The notes under the pieces were generated by a model. That model made no database searches. It was not told where the DNA came from and worked only from the letters and a program-made list of their open reading frames with translations. DNA of 64,000 nt from an uncultured archaeon. GTDB taxonomy: Archaea > Asgardarchaeota > Lokiarchaeia > Sigyniarchaeales > SOKP01. The DNA lies in contig CAZALK010000007.1 in NCBI GenBank assembly GCA_964486045.1, forward strand, positions 151,717 through 215,716, given 5' to 3'. Every line of letters begins with the position of its first letter. The stretch's first letter is position 1. Positions 29,744-38,968 of the stretch are shown in pieces. Made by a program: the position numbers and the translations under genes.

Positions 29744-30598
29744 ATGTCGCAAAATCTCGCGCTTATGTTCACTGTAAAAACCGGTGGAGAAACTGAGGCA
29801 ATTAATTGGAGTAAAGAATGTTTTATGGCGAATACTTCAATAATTGTGCTAGATGAAAGTTCTGAGGCACTTTTTTTATGGCATGGCGTTCAACAAGGAT
29901 TAGTTGCTCGAAGAACTGCTTTAAGGCAAGCTGAGGCATTAAAAGGTCATGGATACACCGTAGGAAGAAGCATTATTGGTAGGGACATCAAAATAATAAA
30001 AGAGATTGATGCAAGAAAGGTAGGGAAAGTTCCGGAGGATACTGAATTAAATAATGAACTACAAGGAGTTTTGGGGAGAAATTTTACAGCATTAGACAAC
30101 AATATTGTTACATTTCAAGCAGGCGCTAGTGCACCGAAAGTTGTAAAACAAAAGGTAAAAGAAGAACCGAAACCCAAGGCAAAAATGGTACAAGCATCAC
30201 CAACCACCAAGCCTGTAGTCCATGTAAAAGTTGCTACACCATCAAAATTTGCTGATGTTGGTTCTGAATATGAAGAAACAGAACCATTGCCTAATATTAA
30301 GCCTCAACATAATCCATCTAAGCCAATACCCGCAATTCAAGTGTCTAAGTCAAGCTTGAATACTGATGCTAAGATATCTTTTGTCTTTAGCGCCATTTTA
30401 GAACATTTTAATGATATTTGGATTTCAAAGAAGTCTGATGGAAGTTTTTCTGTTGAAGAGATGGATGGGCCAATCTGTGTTTTTCACCTAAAAGAAGGGA
30501 ACAAAATTAATTTTACTGCGGATAGTTTCAATAATTTGAATCCTAGCATCAAATTAGCTATACAAAAGAAATTTATCGAACTCTCAAAACTAATTTGA
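29744..30598 (+). CDS. Gelsolin-like domain protein with K/P-rich linker and unknown C-terminal domain
   Basis: IIVLDESSEALFLWHG...LVARRTALRQA fits the gelsolin-repeat pattern (ILD...IxxWxG...). Confidence 0.6.
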   Translation: MSQNLALMFTVKTGGETEAINWSKECFMANTSIIVLDESSEALFLWHGVQQGLVARRTALRQAEALKGHGYTVGRSIIGRDIKIIKEIDARKVGKVPEDTELNNELQGVLGRNFTALDNNIVTFQAGASAPKVVKQKVKEEPKPKAKMVQASPTTKPVVHVKVATPSKFADVGSEYEETEPLPNIKPQHNPSKPIPAIQVSKSSLNTDAKISFVFSAILEHFNDIWISKKSDGSFSVEEMDGPICVFHLKEGNKINFTADSFNNLNPSIKLAIQKKFIELSKLI

Positions 30599-30696
30599 GA
30601 GCTCTTAAAACTAATATTTTTTATTATTATCCTTTTTATTATTTATTAGATTTTAGAATAGAACTAAAACGTAATTTTAGAATTCTATGATCAATT

Positions 30697-32448
30697 ATGA
30701 AATTCAATAAATTAGCACAGCTTTTTTCAGAACTAGAGAGTACTACAAAAAGGTTGGAAAAGATTGATATTCTATCAAAATTTTTTAGAGAAATTAAGGA
30801 ATTAGGAAAATTCGAAGATTTAGATAGTATTGTTTATCTTTTACAAGGTCAGTTAGTACCAAATATAAAACAATTTCCCAAAATGGGAATAGCTGAAAAA
30901 ATGATAATCGAAGCATTATCGATACACTCTGGATTAGAAAGTAAGGAAATTAGAGATGTGTTGGTGAAACAAGGAGATATAGGAGCAACTGCTGAACTAC
31001 TTTTATCGAAGAGAAGAAAACAAAGATCCCTTTTTGATTATGATGAAAAAAATACAGCACCTTCCTTAGAGCTTTCTGATTTATACTCTGAGTTAAAGAA
31101 AATCGCTTTAACTGATGGTGTAGGCTCACATGATAACAAGTTAGGAATTTTAAGAGGATTGATGAGAAAAAGTTCCCCTTTAGAAACGAAATATGTATTA
31201 CGAATCATAACATCTACACTAAGAGTGGGTGTTCAATCATCAACAATTATCGAAGGTTTAACTCATGCATTAACAGGTTCTAGAGGAAATAAAGAATTTA
31301 TTGAAAGAGCTTATAGTTTACATCCGGATTTGGGCGAAATTTCAAAAATTTTAGCAGAGCAGGGTTTAGAGAAAGTAAAAGAGATCGATATTGAATATGG
31401 AACTCCTATTCTTAGCATGCTTGCCTCACGAGATAATTATACTGAATTTGTTAGTAGATTGGGAACGCCTTTTATCGCAGAGTATAAACTGGATGGAGAA
31501 AGACTTCAAATACACAAAGATGGAGAAAATGTAATTTTGTTTTCCCGGAGGTTATTGGATATTTCAGAACAGTATCCTGATGTATGTGAAATTGTTAAAG
31601 AAAGTATAAAAGCACATAAAGTTATTGTTGAAGGGGAAGTTGTTGCCATGGACCATGTTTATGAAAAAATGCTTCCATTTCAAGTTTTGAGTAAAAGAAG
31701 ACGGAAATATGATGTTGAAGATATTTCTAAAGAAGTTCCCGTTTGTTTATTTGTGTTCGATCTCTTAAAATTTGGAGAAGACTCATTTGTAGATAAAGCC
31801 TTGCCTAAACGTCGTAAAAAATTAGAGGAAATTATAGAAGAAAGGGATGAGTTGCGCCTAGTTAAATCGGTAACGATTAATTCTACTGATGAATTGCTGG
31901 ATTTCTTTAAAAATGCGAGATTAGAGGGAAATGAAGGCATCATGGCAAAATCGATTCAGGATGATGCAATTTATCAAGCAGGTAATCGAGGTTTTTTATG
32001 GATAAAGTTGAAAAGTCTAGAAGGAGGTAAATTAAGAGATTCTATAGATGTCGTCATAGTAGGAGCATTTTATGGAAAAGGTCGACGAACTGGGGTATTG
32101 GGAACATACATAGGTGCTGTGTACGACCCAGAAATAAATAAATTTATCGCTTTTACTCGATTTTTTTCCGGTTTAACTGATGTGTTATCAGTATCTTTAA
32201 CTCAAGACATGGAAAAATACAAAACAGATAAAAAACCAAGTAATGTGATATGTGAAGATAACCCTGATTTGTGGCTTCAACCCAAAATCGTAGTTGAGAT
32301 AACTGGTGATGAATTAACAAGAAGTGACAAATTCGCTAGCTTAGGTTATTCTTTGAGATTTCCAGTTTTCCAAAGATTACGTTACGAAAAAGACCCGAAA
32401 GATATTACTACAGTTGATGAAATTAATGAATTATACAAAACACAATAG
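30697..32448 (+). CDS. lig: ATP-dependent DNA ligase
   Basis: EYKLDGERLQIH, EGE, FVFDLL, EGIMAK, WIKLK and SLRFP. Confidence 0.97.
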   Translation: MKFNKLAQLFSELESTTKRLEKIDILSKFFREIKELGKFEDLDSIVYLLQGQLVPNIKQFPKMGIAEKMIIEALSIHSGLESKEIRDVLVKQGDIGATAELLLSKRRKQRSLFDYDEKNTAPSLELSDLYSELKKIALTDGVGSHDNKLGILRGLMRKSSPLETKYVLRIITSTLRVGVQSSTIIEGLTHALTGSRGNKEFIERAYSLHPDLGEISKILAEQGLEKVKEIDIEYGTPILSMLASRDNYTEFVSRLGTPFIAEYKLDGERLQIHKDGENVILFSRRLLDISEQYPDVCEIVKESIKAHKVIVEGEVVAMDHVYEKMLPFQVLSKRRRKYDVEDISKEVPVCLFVFDLLKFGEDSFVDKALPKRRKKLEEIIEERDELRLVKSVTINSTDELLDFFKNARLEGNEGIMAKSIQDDAIYQAGNRGFLWIKLKSLEGGKLRDSIDVVIVGAFYGKGRRTGVLGTYIGAVYDPEINKFIAFTRFFSGLTDVLSVSLTQDMEKYKTDKKPSNVICEDNPDLWLQPKIVVEITGDELTRSDKFASLGYSLRFPVFQRLRYEKDPKDITTVDEINELYKTQ

Positions 32449-32473
32449 TCTAGAACTATTACATTATTTACAA

Positions 32474-33964
32474 TTAAAGTTTGATAATTAGATTATTTTT
32501 CCTTTCTAAATCTTTTAATGACGAGGGTAGATGCTCAATTTTATTAAAATTTAAGTCTAGAATTTTTAATTTTGATAGCGAGGTAACTGAATCTGGGAGG
32601 GTTTCAAGCCGATTACCCCATAGATTTAATTCTTCCAAAGCTGATAAGGCTCCTATCCATATTGGAAGAGTCGTAAAATTATTCCAGCTTAGATTTAAGC
32701 TCTTAAGTGAGCTTAAATTTATTAAAGAAGATGGGAGAATACGTAATTCGTTATTTCTCAAATTTAATCTTTCTAGTGATTTAAGTGAACCAAATGATTC
32801 TGGAATTTCAACCAAGTTATTATCATACAGATCTAATTCTTTGAGTGAGGAAAAAGAACCCAACCAAGGGGGAAGATTTGATAATTTATTACCTCCTAAT
32901 CCTAATTTTTCTAATGATGAAAGAGGTTCTATGGCATGAGGTATTATTTTAAAATTATTCCACCCTAGCTCTAGCTCAGTTATTGAATTACTCAAATTTA
33001 CCGCTATACACCTCAATTTATTTCCATGTAAATCTAGAGTTTTTAAAGAAGAAAGTGATTTGATTGATTCAGGGAGATGTGATAGGACATTGTTTCTTAA
33101 ATTTAAATGCTCTAGTGATGATACTGATCCTATAGATTTTGGGAGCTTTCTTAATCTATTTGATTTAAGATTTAAAGTTTTTATTAGCGTAAAATTGTGA
33201 AGATTAGGAAGATTTACTAATTTGTTATAACTTAAATCCAAATACTCAATTGAATTATTAAACGTTTCAGGAATCTTAGTTAGGTGATTAAAACGCAGGT
33301 CACACATTTTAAGTTTTCTCAATGAAAAAATTGGTTCAAGGAAATTTTCAAGTTTATTAACTCCTGAACTATATCTCTCAATATTTGATAGATCTAATAC
33401 ACGGATTAAACCATCTTCATTATTCTTAAATTTGAAGTAACCAAATTTTATTTTCAAAAATGAAATAATGTGATAATTTATTAAAATTTCTGCAAGTTTA
33501 ATACTAGAGAAGTTTCTTATATTTTCCTTTTTAACAAAACTCTTCAGGATAGAATTAAACTGTTTTTTTTGAAGCTTCTTTAATTTACTAATTAAAATAG
33601 ATTTAGATTTTTCATTATCTATACTTGCTATTGTTGAAATAATTGTTGTCAAACACTTTAAAGATTTTTCATGTTCCAGAGCCCATATCATTGGATCTAG
33701 AGCTTTATCCTGATAATGATTTTTTAAAACCTTACAGGTTAAATTTCTAACGTCTTCATTTAATTCAGAAATTAGTAAATGTTCTAAGAATTTAAAAGTT
33801 CTTTCATCATTAATTTGTATTTTATTCAATATTTTAACGCTTTCTATTCGTGTTTCAACAACATCAGCATTTTCAATTAAAGTTAATATTAATTCAATAG
33901 CAGATGACTTATCTAAATCTTTATTCTTAAAATCTTGATAAATAGCATTTGGAGTTAAAGGCAT
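32474..33964 (-). CDS. Leucine-rich repeat protein with N-terminal HEAT-like region
   Basis: Many LxxLxLxxNxLxxLPxxIxxL repeats. Confidence 0.92.
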   Translation of the reverse strand: MPLTPNAIYQDFKNKDLDKSSAIELILTLIENADVVETRIESVKILNKIQINDERTFKFLEHLLISELNEDVRNLTCKVLKNHYQDKALDPMIWALEHEKSLKCLTTIISTIASIDNEKSKSILISKLKKLQKKQFNSILKSFVKKENIRNFSSIKLAEILINYHIISFLKIKFGYFKFKNNEDGLIRVLDLSNIERYSSGVNKLENFLEPIFSLRKLKMCDLRFNHLTKIPETFNNSIEYLDLSYNKLVNLPNLHNFTLIKTLNLKSNRLRKLPKSIGSVSSLEHLNLRNNVLSHLPESIKSLSSLKTLDLHGNKLRCIAVNLSNSITELELGWNNFKIIPHAIEPLSSLEKLGLGGNKLSNLPPWLGSFSSLKELDLYDNNLVEIPESFGSLKSLERLNLRNNELRILPSSLINLSSLKSLNLSWNNFTTLPIWIGALSALEELNLWGNRLETLPDSVTSLSKLKILDLNFNKIEHLPSSLKDLERKNNLIIKL

Positions 33965-33994
33965 GAATCTGAAATTATCATATGTATATGTGTT

Positions 33995-35575
33995 TTAAAT
34001 TCTTTCAATAACCATACCACCCAATCTAATAGGACCACCTGTAGCGTTGTATATTTTTTCTGCTTTTCTCAATTTAGATTCACTTTGGGAATAGATTCTA
34101 AACACTAGATCTCCTTTCTTAATTTTTGCTCCTTGTTTTTTTATAATTTCTACGCCAGACATCTTGGAACTTGGACATCCCGCAGTTTTTGCTATTTGGT
34201 TGATTATTGAATTATTCACTTCAACTATATAACCGTCTTTTTTAGCAAAAAATTCTTTTAGACTTGGACCAATTTCAATATCTTCTGGCTTAACATTGGG
34301 ATTTCCCCCTTGGATTTCGATGATTTTTTTCATTTTTTCATAAGCCTTACCGGAATGTAAAATATCTTTTGCTAAGGTTTGACCTTCACCTTTTTGAGCT
34401 TTTCCACTCATTTCGAGAATCATTCCAGCTAAATCGGTGGATTTTTCTATTAAGGAATTAGGTCCAGCTTTGTAATCTCTAAGCAATATCAAAGCCTCTC
34501 TAGCTTCTAAGGCAGGTCCAACAGCATGTCCTATAGGTTGGTGAGCTAATGTTAGTGCACATTCTGATTCAATACCTACATTAGCTGCGATTTCTTTAAA
34601 TAAATAAGCGAATTGTTTTCCATTCTCTGGAGTTGGAAATTTAGTACCTTCTCCAACAGGAATATCAAGAACCAGTTTTTTAACACCCAATGAAAGTTTT
34701 TTAGTGAGAATTGAAGGTATCATAAGACCCACAGGATCCATATGTAGGGGACGCTCAATTTCAATTAGGACATTATCTGCGGGAGCTGTTTCAAGCGCCC
34801 CACCCCAAATTATACATGCATTTTCTTTGGAAACAATCTCATTTAAGTCGTGGGGGTTAAAAGCAACTGGTGCAAGAACTTCCATAGAATCTGCCGTTCC
34901 TGATGGTGATGTTATAGCTCTCGTCGAAGACTTTGGTATAGTTAAACCCGCTGCTGCAACAATTGGGACAATAATGAGAGAAACTTTATTACCAGGGACG
35001 CCACCGTTCAGCAAAAATTACTAACTGTAAATTTTTGTACTGTGTTTATCAAACACATCCATCCCAAAATAAAATATTTCCCCACTTCTAGTTTCTGCTA
35101 ATGTCAGAGCAGTCATTTCCTCGTTGTCCATCCCATTAATTGAAACTCCTGTTATAAATGCTGCCAGATCAATTCTAGATAATGATCCAGATACAGCGTC
35201 AGATACTATACTGTTTATTTCTTCACTTGAAAGTTTTTGTCCTTTAATCTTCTTTTTAATATGCCTGAAAGAATCTGGAGGTTCAGCAGGTTTTACTGAA
35301 ACAATCGTCTCATTTTTTAAACTCTTTTTTTCTCGTAAAATATCTAGAAAGATCCCAATTTCCCCAGAATCTACGACTGAGTTTGAGTAATCTATTTGGA
35401 TAATAGCTGTCCAAAATTTATCCTCTAAAGATCGTGATTTGATATTTTTAATAAAAATACGTTCTCCTGCTTTTTGTCCTAATTCTTGAGCATCTTTAAC
35501 ATTTAACACAACATCTCTTGTATTTCCAGTTTCAAAATTTATTTCTTTTACTTTCAGTTTCATATTTTCAACCAA
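33995..35575 (-). CDS. deoA: AMP phosphorylase (archaeal thymidine phosphorylase family), two putative exons: 35575..35037 and 35006..33995
   Basis: Two track ORFs lie in the same frame. Removing 30 nt restores DKHSTGGVPGNK. Also KSSTRAITSPSGTAD, PADN and LDIPVGEG; about 516 aa when joined. Confidence 0.9.
35007..35036 (-). other. Candidate 30-nt bulge-helix-bulge/loop-type mRNA intron
   Basis: Insert AAAAATTTACAGTTAGTAATTTTTGCTGAA has in-frame TAG and TAA, forms a hairpin, and has a CAGU/GCUG 4-bp helix with 3-nt bulges AC|A and AA|C. Confidence 0.75.
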
Positions 35576-35758
35576 ACTTTATACGATATACAGATATAAG
35601 AAATTAGTGATTAATAATTTTATTAATTATTTCTTAGTAGAAAATGAATGCTCTTTAAAAAACAAAGAAAGAGAAATAATATGATTAATTTTTAAATGAG
35701 AAATAAAAATTAAAATATACAAACAAATAATTAAATTAAAAAGATTAGTAGAAATTTA

Positions 35759-36910
35759 TTGGGTAGAAAAATGAATAAATTTGAAAAAGCACAAAAAGTT
35801 TTAAAAGAATTAAATGGAGACGGTTGGTTAATTGTTTGTAATGAAGATAGCGATGTAAATTCTCGATTTTTACTTGGTGTACAATCCCATGCTCGGCACT
35901 ACATATACGTGGCGGCAAATGGAGATCATAGAATTCTTGCTGTTCAAATGGAAGCACCAATGATCGAGAGATCCCTAAAAAATAACGGCGTAAACGCTAA
36001 AGTTGATTCTTTTAACTCAATGGAAGACTTAGTATCAAAACTGAGCTTAATTATTAATAAACCACGAATTGCTCTTAATTATGGTGAGGACCTTTTTAGT
36101 CAAAAAGGGACTGGTTTTGCTGACTTTATCCGAGTAGGGGATTATTTTTCCTTAAAAACTCTATCCCCAAAAACTGAATTCTTCTCAGCAGCACCAATAA
36201 TATCTAAATTGAGAAGCATTAAATCCCAAGAAGAATTAAAAGATTTACGTAATGTTTGTAAAGCAACAATTGAGATTTTAGAAACCATTCCTGACTGGGT
36301 CAAATTAAGAATGACCGAAAGGGAGATCAGGGCAGAAATTGAGTATAAGTATATGAAACTTGGTAGACCTTCATTTCCAGCTATTGTGGGTACAGGAACT
36401 AATGCTGCAGACCCACACCACAATACTTCAACAAAAAAAATTGATAAAGGTGTTCTCTTAATAGATACAGGTTTACAAATTGATCAGATGTGCTCTGATA
36501 TAACTTGGACTTTTTGGGTAGGTAGCAAACCTTCAGAGGATTTTCTTAAGGCGTATAGCGCACTTTATGAATCAAAAGAGATAGCTAATAAATTTTTTGT
36601 TGATAATGCTCCAAATTGTATTCCTGCCAAAAAATGCCGTGAATACTTATCTAATATGGGGTATGATCATGAAAGGTTATTTTTTCATGGTTTTGGTCAT
36701 TCCCTTGGCTTTCAAGCTCATGATGTCGGTGCTAGAATAAGCTGGAAAGTGTCTGATGATTTTATTCTTAAGGAAAATATGGTATATACAAGTGAACCAG
36801 GTTTATACTGGAAAAAAAAATGGGGAGTTCGATTGGAAGATGATGTGATTATTGGAAAAGAAAAGTGTGAGAAATTAACATATAATCACAAAGCACCAAT
36901 TACAATTTAA
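35759..36910 (+). CDS. M24-family Xaa-Pro amino/dipeptidase
   Basis: LRSIKS, PHH, LIDTG, SDITWT, HGFGHSLG, EPG and GVRLEDD. Confidence 0.9.
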   Translation: MGRKMNKFEKAQKVLKELNGDGWLIVCNEDSDVNSRFLLGVQSHARHYIYVAANGDHRILAVQMEAPMIERSLKNNGVNAKVDSFNSMEDLVSKLSLIINKPRIALNYGEDLFSQKGTGFADFIRVGDYFSLKTLSPKTEFFSAAPIISKLRSIKSQEELKDLRNVCKATIEILETIPDWVKLRMTEREIRAEIEYKYMKLGRPSFPAIVGTGTNAADPHHNTSTKKIDKGVLLIDTGLQIDQMCSDITWTFWVGSKPSEDFLKAYSALYESKEIANKFFVDNAPNCIPAKKCREYLSNMGYDHERLFFHGFGHSLGFQAHDVGARISWKVSDDFILKENMVYTSEPGLYWKKKWGVRLEDDVIIGKEKCEKLTYNHKAPITI

Positions 36911-36969
36911 TGTCTGGTCTCTGAAATTTTGGTTAATTATTTTGGTGAATTTACTTTTTTTTTTGATAT

Positions 36970-38268
36970 TTATAACTTGATGGGATAAGGAAATTCCTTT
37001 GTGGTTTTAATAAGCTTCTGATCAGGATCATTGAACGTATTTTTAATTTTAATGACATAATCTCCCGCTTCAATAGGTTTAAGATTTATTTCCCATTTGA
37101 TACTTTCATTTGATTTAAGTGAATAAATTTGTTTGGTTAGAGTTCCTCTCATTATTTTAATTTGTTCTGGAAACTCTATTTCTATATTAAGATTTAAGGC
37201 TTCCCCTTCACTTTTATTCTCGATCAGAACTTCAAGTGGAAAAGATTGATCGATGAGAGGAGGTCTTAGATTTTTTATAGATATATCTAAGGATGGGGGA
37301 GGAGATATTAGATTTGGTTTTAAAATTTGTGGAATTTCATACATAAAAAATTGCTTCCCATTTAATTCAAAATCTAATGAAATTGGACCAATAAAAGAGT
37401 CTTCCATTTGAAAATGTGGTTTTATTAAAATGGTAGTTTGTTTTCTATGACTAAATTCTATTGATATTGGAAGCTTTGGTCTTCCCTGAGAAGTTAGATT
37501 ATCGGAAAGAGTAATCCCAATTTTATTCATCTTCAGTTCGTTTATATCATAATTATAAAAATTTTGCTTTGAAATCTCGATTAAAGGTTTTAGATCGATT
37601 GTTAGAGATAAATTTATTACTTCATTAGTAGTATATATTTCTTTATCAAGACCTGACTCAATTTTTATCGACGTATAGATTTCTCCTATAAAAAGTGCTT
37701 GTTTTACGAGCAGAATTTCAGCTCCTCGGAGCTTAAGATTATTAAAGTCATTTTTTATTCTCTTAATATATTTTTCATTCTTTTCTTTAGTTACTATGGT
37801 CAAATTTGTAATTAGACGAATTAATGAATTTTCTTTAAAATATTTGTCATTAACGAAATTTTTAATCTTTTTAACTAATTTCAAACCTTCCTCTTTTTCC
37901 CCCTTAACAAAAAGACATAGAAATGATAAACATGAAAATAGAACATAATTATGGTTTCGATCAGAAGTACTTCTCAAATTAGGAACATATTTTATTGCTT
38001 CTCTAAAGAACTCGTTTGCTTCTAAATATTCATTGTTAAAAAGGGATGCATTTCCAGCCTTTCTCAAGAAATCTAGCCCGATTAAATACTTATCTTCTTT
38101 CATGGAACATTTGGCAGAATCAAAATAACAATCTCGAGCAAATTCAAAATCACCTGACTTTAAATAAGAATCTCCAACAAAATCATAAATTTTTGCTGCT
38201 CGTTTATATTGCATTGCTTTAAATAGTTTTTCAGCTTTTCTGAATTGTTTTTCGATGTCTTTAGCCAT
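36970..38268 (-). CDS. TPR/SNAP-like helical repeat protein with C-terminal Ig-like (CARDB/BatD-type) domains
   Basis: AAKIY...ARDCYFDSA...ANEFFREA helical repeats; C-terminal IENKSEGEALNL...LKPIEAGDY. Confidence 0.6.
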   Translation of the reverse strand: MAKDIEKQFRKAEKLFKAMQYKRAAKIYDFVGDSYLKSGDFEFARDCYFDSAKCSMKEDKYLIGLDFLRKAGNASLFNNEYLEANEFFREAIKYVPNLRSTSDRNHNYVLFSCLSFLCLFVKGEKEEGLKLVKKIKNFVNDKYFKENSLIRLITNLTIVTKEKNEKYIKRIKNDFNNLKLRGAEILLVKQALFIGEIYTSIKIESGLDKEIYTTNEVINLSLTIDLKPLIEISKQNFYNYDINELKMNKIGITLSDNLTSQGRPKLPISIEFSHRKQTTILIKPHFQMEDSFIGPISLDFELNGKQFFMYEIPQILKPNLISPPPSLDISIKNLRPPLIDQSFPLEVLIENKSEGEALNLNIEIEFPEQIKIMRGTLTKQIYSLKSNESIKWEINLKPIEAGDYVIKIKNTFNDPDQKLIKTTKEFPYPIKL

Positions 38269-38438
38269 ATTAATCCCATAAAGATAGTTAGTTTTACTTT
38301 TAGTAATTATTTTTTAAATTAAAAATTAAGCAATGGTTAAGATTTTAAATAACTAATTTAGAAAACAGAATAATTCAAATGAAAATTATTTTTATTCACA
38401 ATAAAAATATATTCCCGATACCATTACATTATGGTTTG

Positions 38439-38473
38439 TCATCCCGTGACTAGCATTTTCTCACAAGATTCAT
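38439..38473 (-). promoter_or_regulatory. Eukaryote-like SECIS element (AUGA...AA...GA)
   Basis: AUGA-AUCUUGUGA-GAAAAUGCUAG-UCACGGGAU-GA: a 9-bp helix flanked by AUGA/GA with apical As, directly at the 3' end of a UGA-containing operon. Confidence 0.85.
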
Positions 38474-38955
38474 TCAATCGGTTTAGTCTTTTTTTTTTTA
38501 TTATCCAAGTCTTTGTTCTTTTGATTGGATTTTGTAGCTTCTTTAAGAGGGTTACTACCTAAATCTGCGATTTGTTCTGAAATTCTAGTTACCTCATTTT
38601 GAAATCTCTGTCCTTCAGCCGCACTACAGTGAAATATCTGGACTCTCTCTGGTGAGATTCCAGTTGTCTTTAAGATTTCTTTAACATATTGTACATTTCT
38701 TTCAGCTACTAAATTTCCAGTTTCGTAATCGCATTCCCCTCGATGTCACGCCCCAAGCACCACAGCGCTCGCCCCTTTACCTATAGCCCGCATCATTAAT
38801 GATGGAGTTACCCGTCCAGTACAATTTATTCTGACAGGCCTCAACGTTGCAGGATATTGAGCACGAATTGTGCCAGCCATATCCCCCGCACCGTATCCTC
38901 ATTTCCAGCAAAGGAAAGCTAAGATTTTTATTTCGTTTATTGGTTCACTTGCCAC
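38470..38955 (-). CDS. mvhD: MvhD/VhuD hydrogenase iron-sulfur subunit, selenoprotein (U19, U70)
   Basis: Absent from the track. Manual translation: MASEPINEIKILAFLCWKUGYGAGDMAG...RINCTGRV...VLGAUHRGECDYETGN...CSAAEG...GSNP. TGA at 38899-38901 and 38746-38748 align with conserved Cys. Confidence 0.92.
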
Positions 38956-38968
38956 TTTTCACACCTCT

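Noticed and set aside
33995-35575. AMP phosphorylase as two genes, a readthrough, or a transposon footprint
   Set aside because: The split falls inside a conserved motif; readthrough would need two consecutive stops and add 10 residues; removing a 2-bp target duplication would shift the frame. A simple pseudogene cannot be fully excluded.
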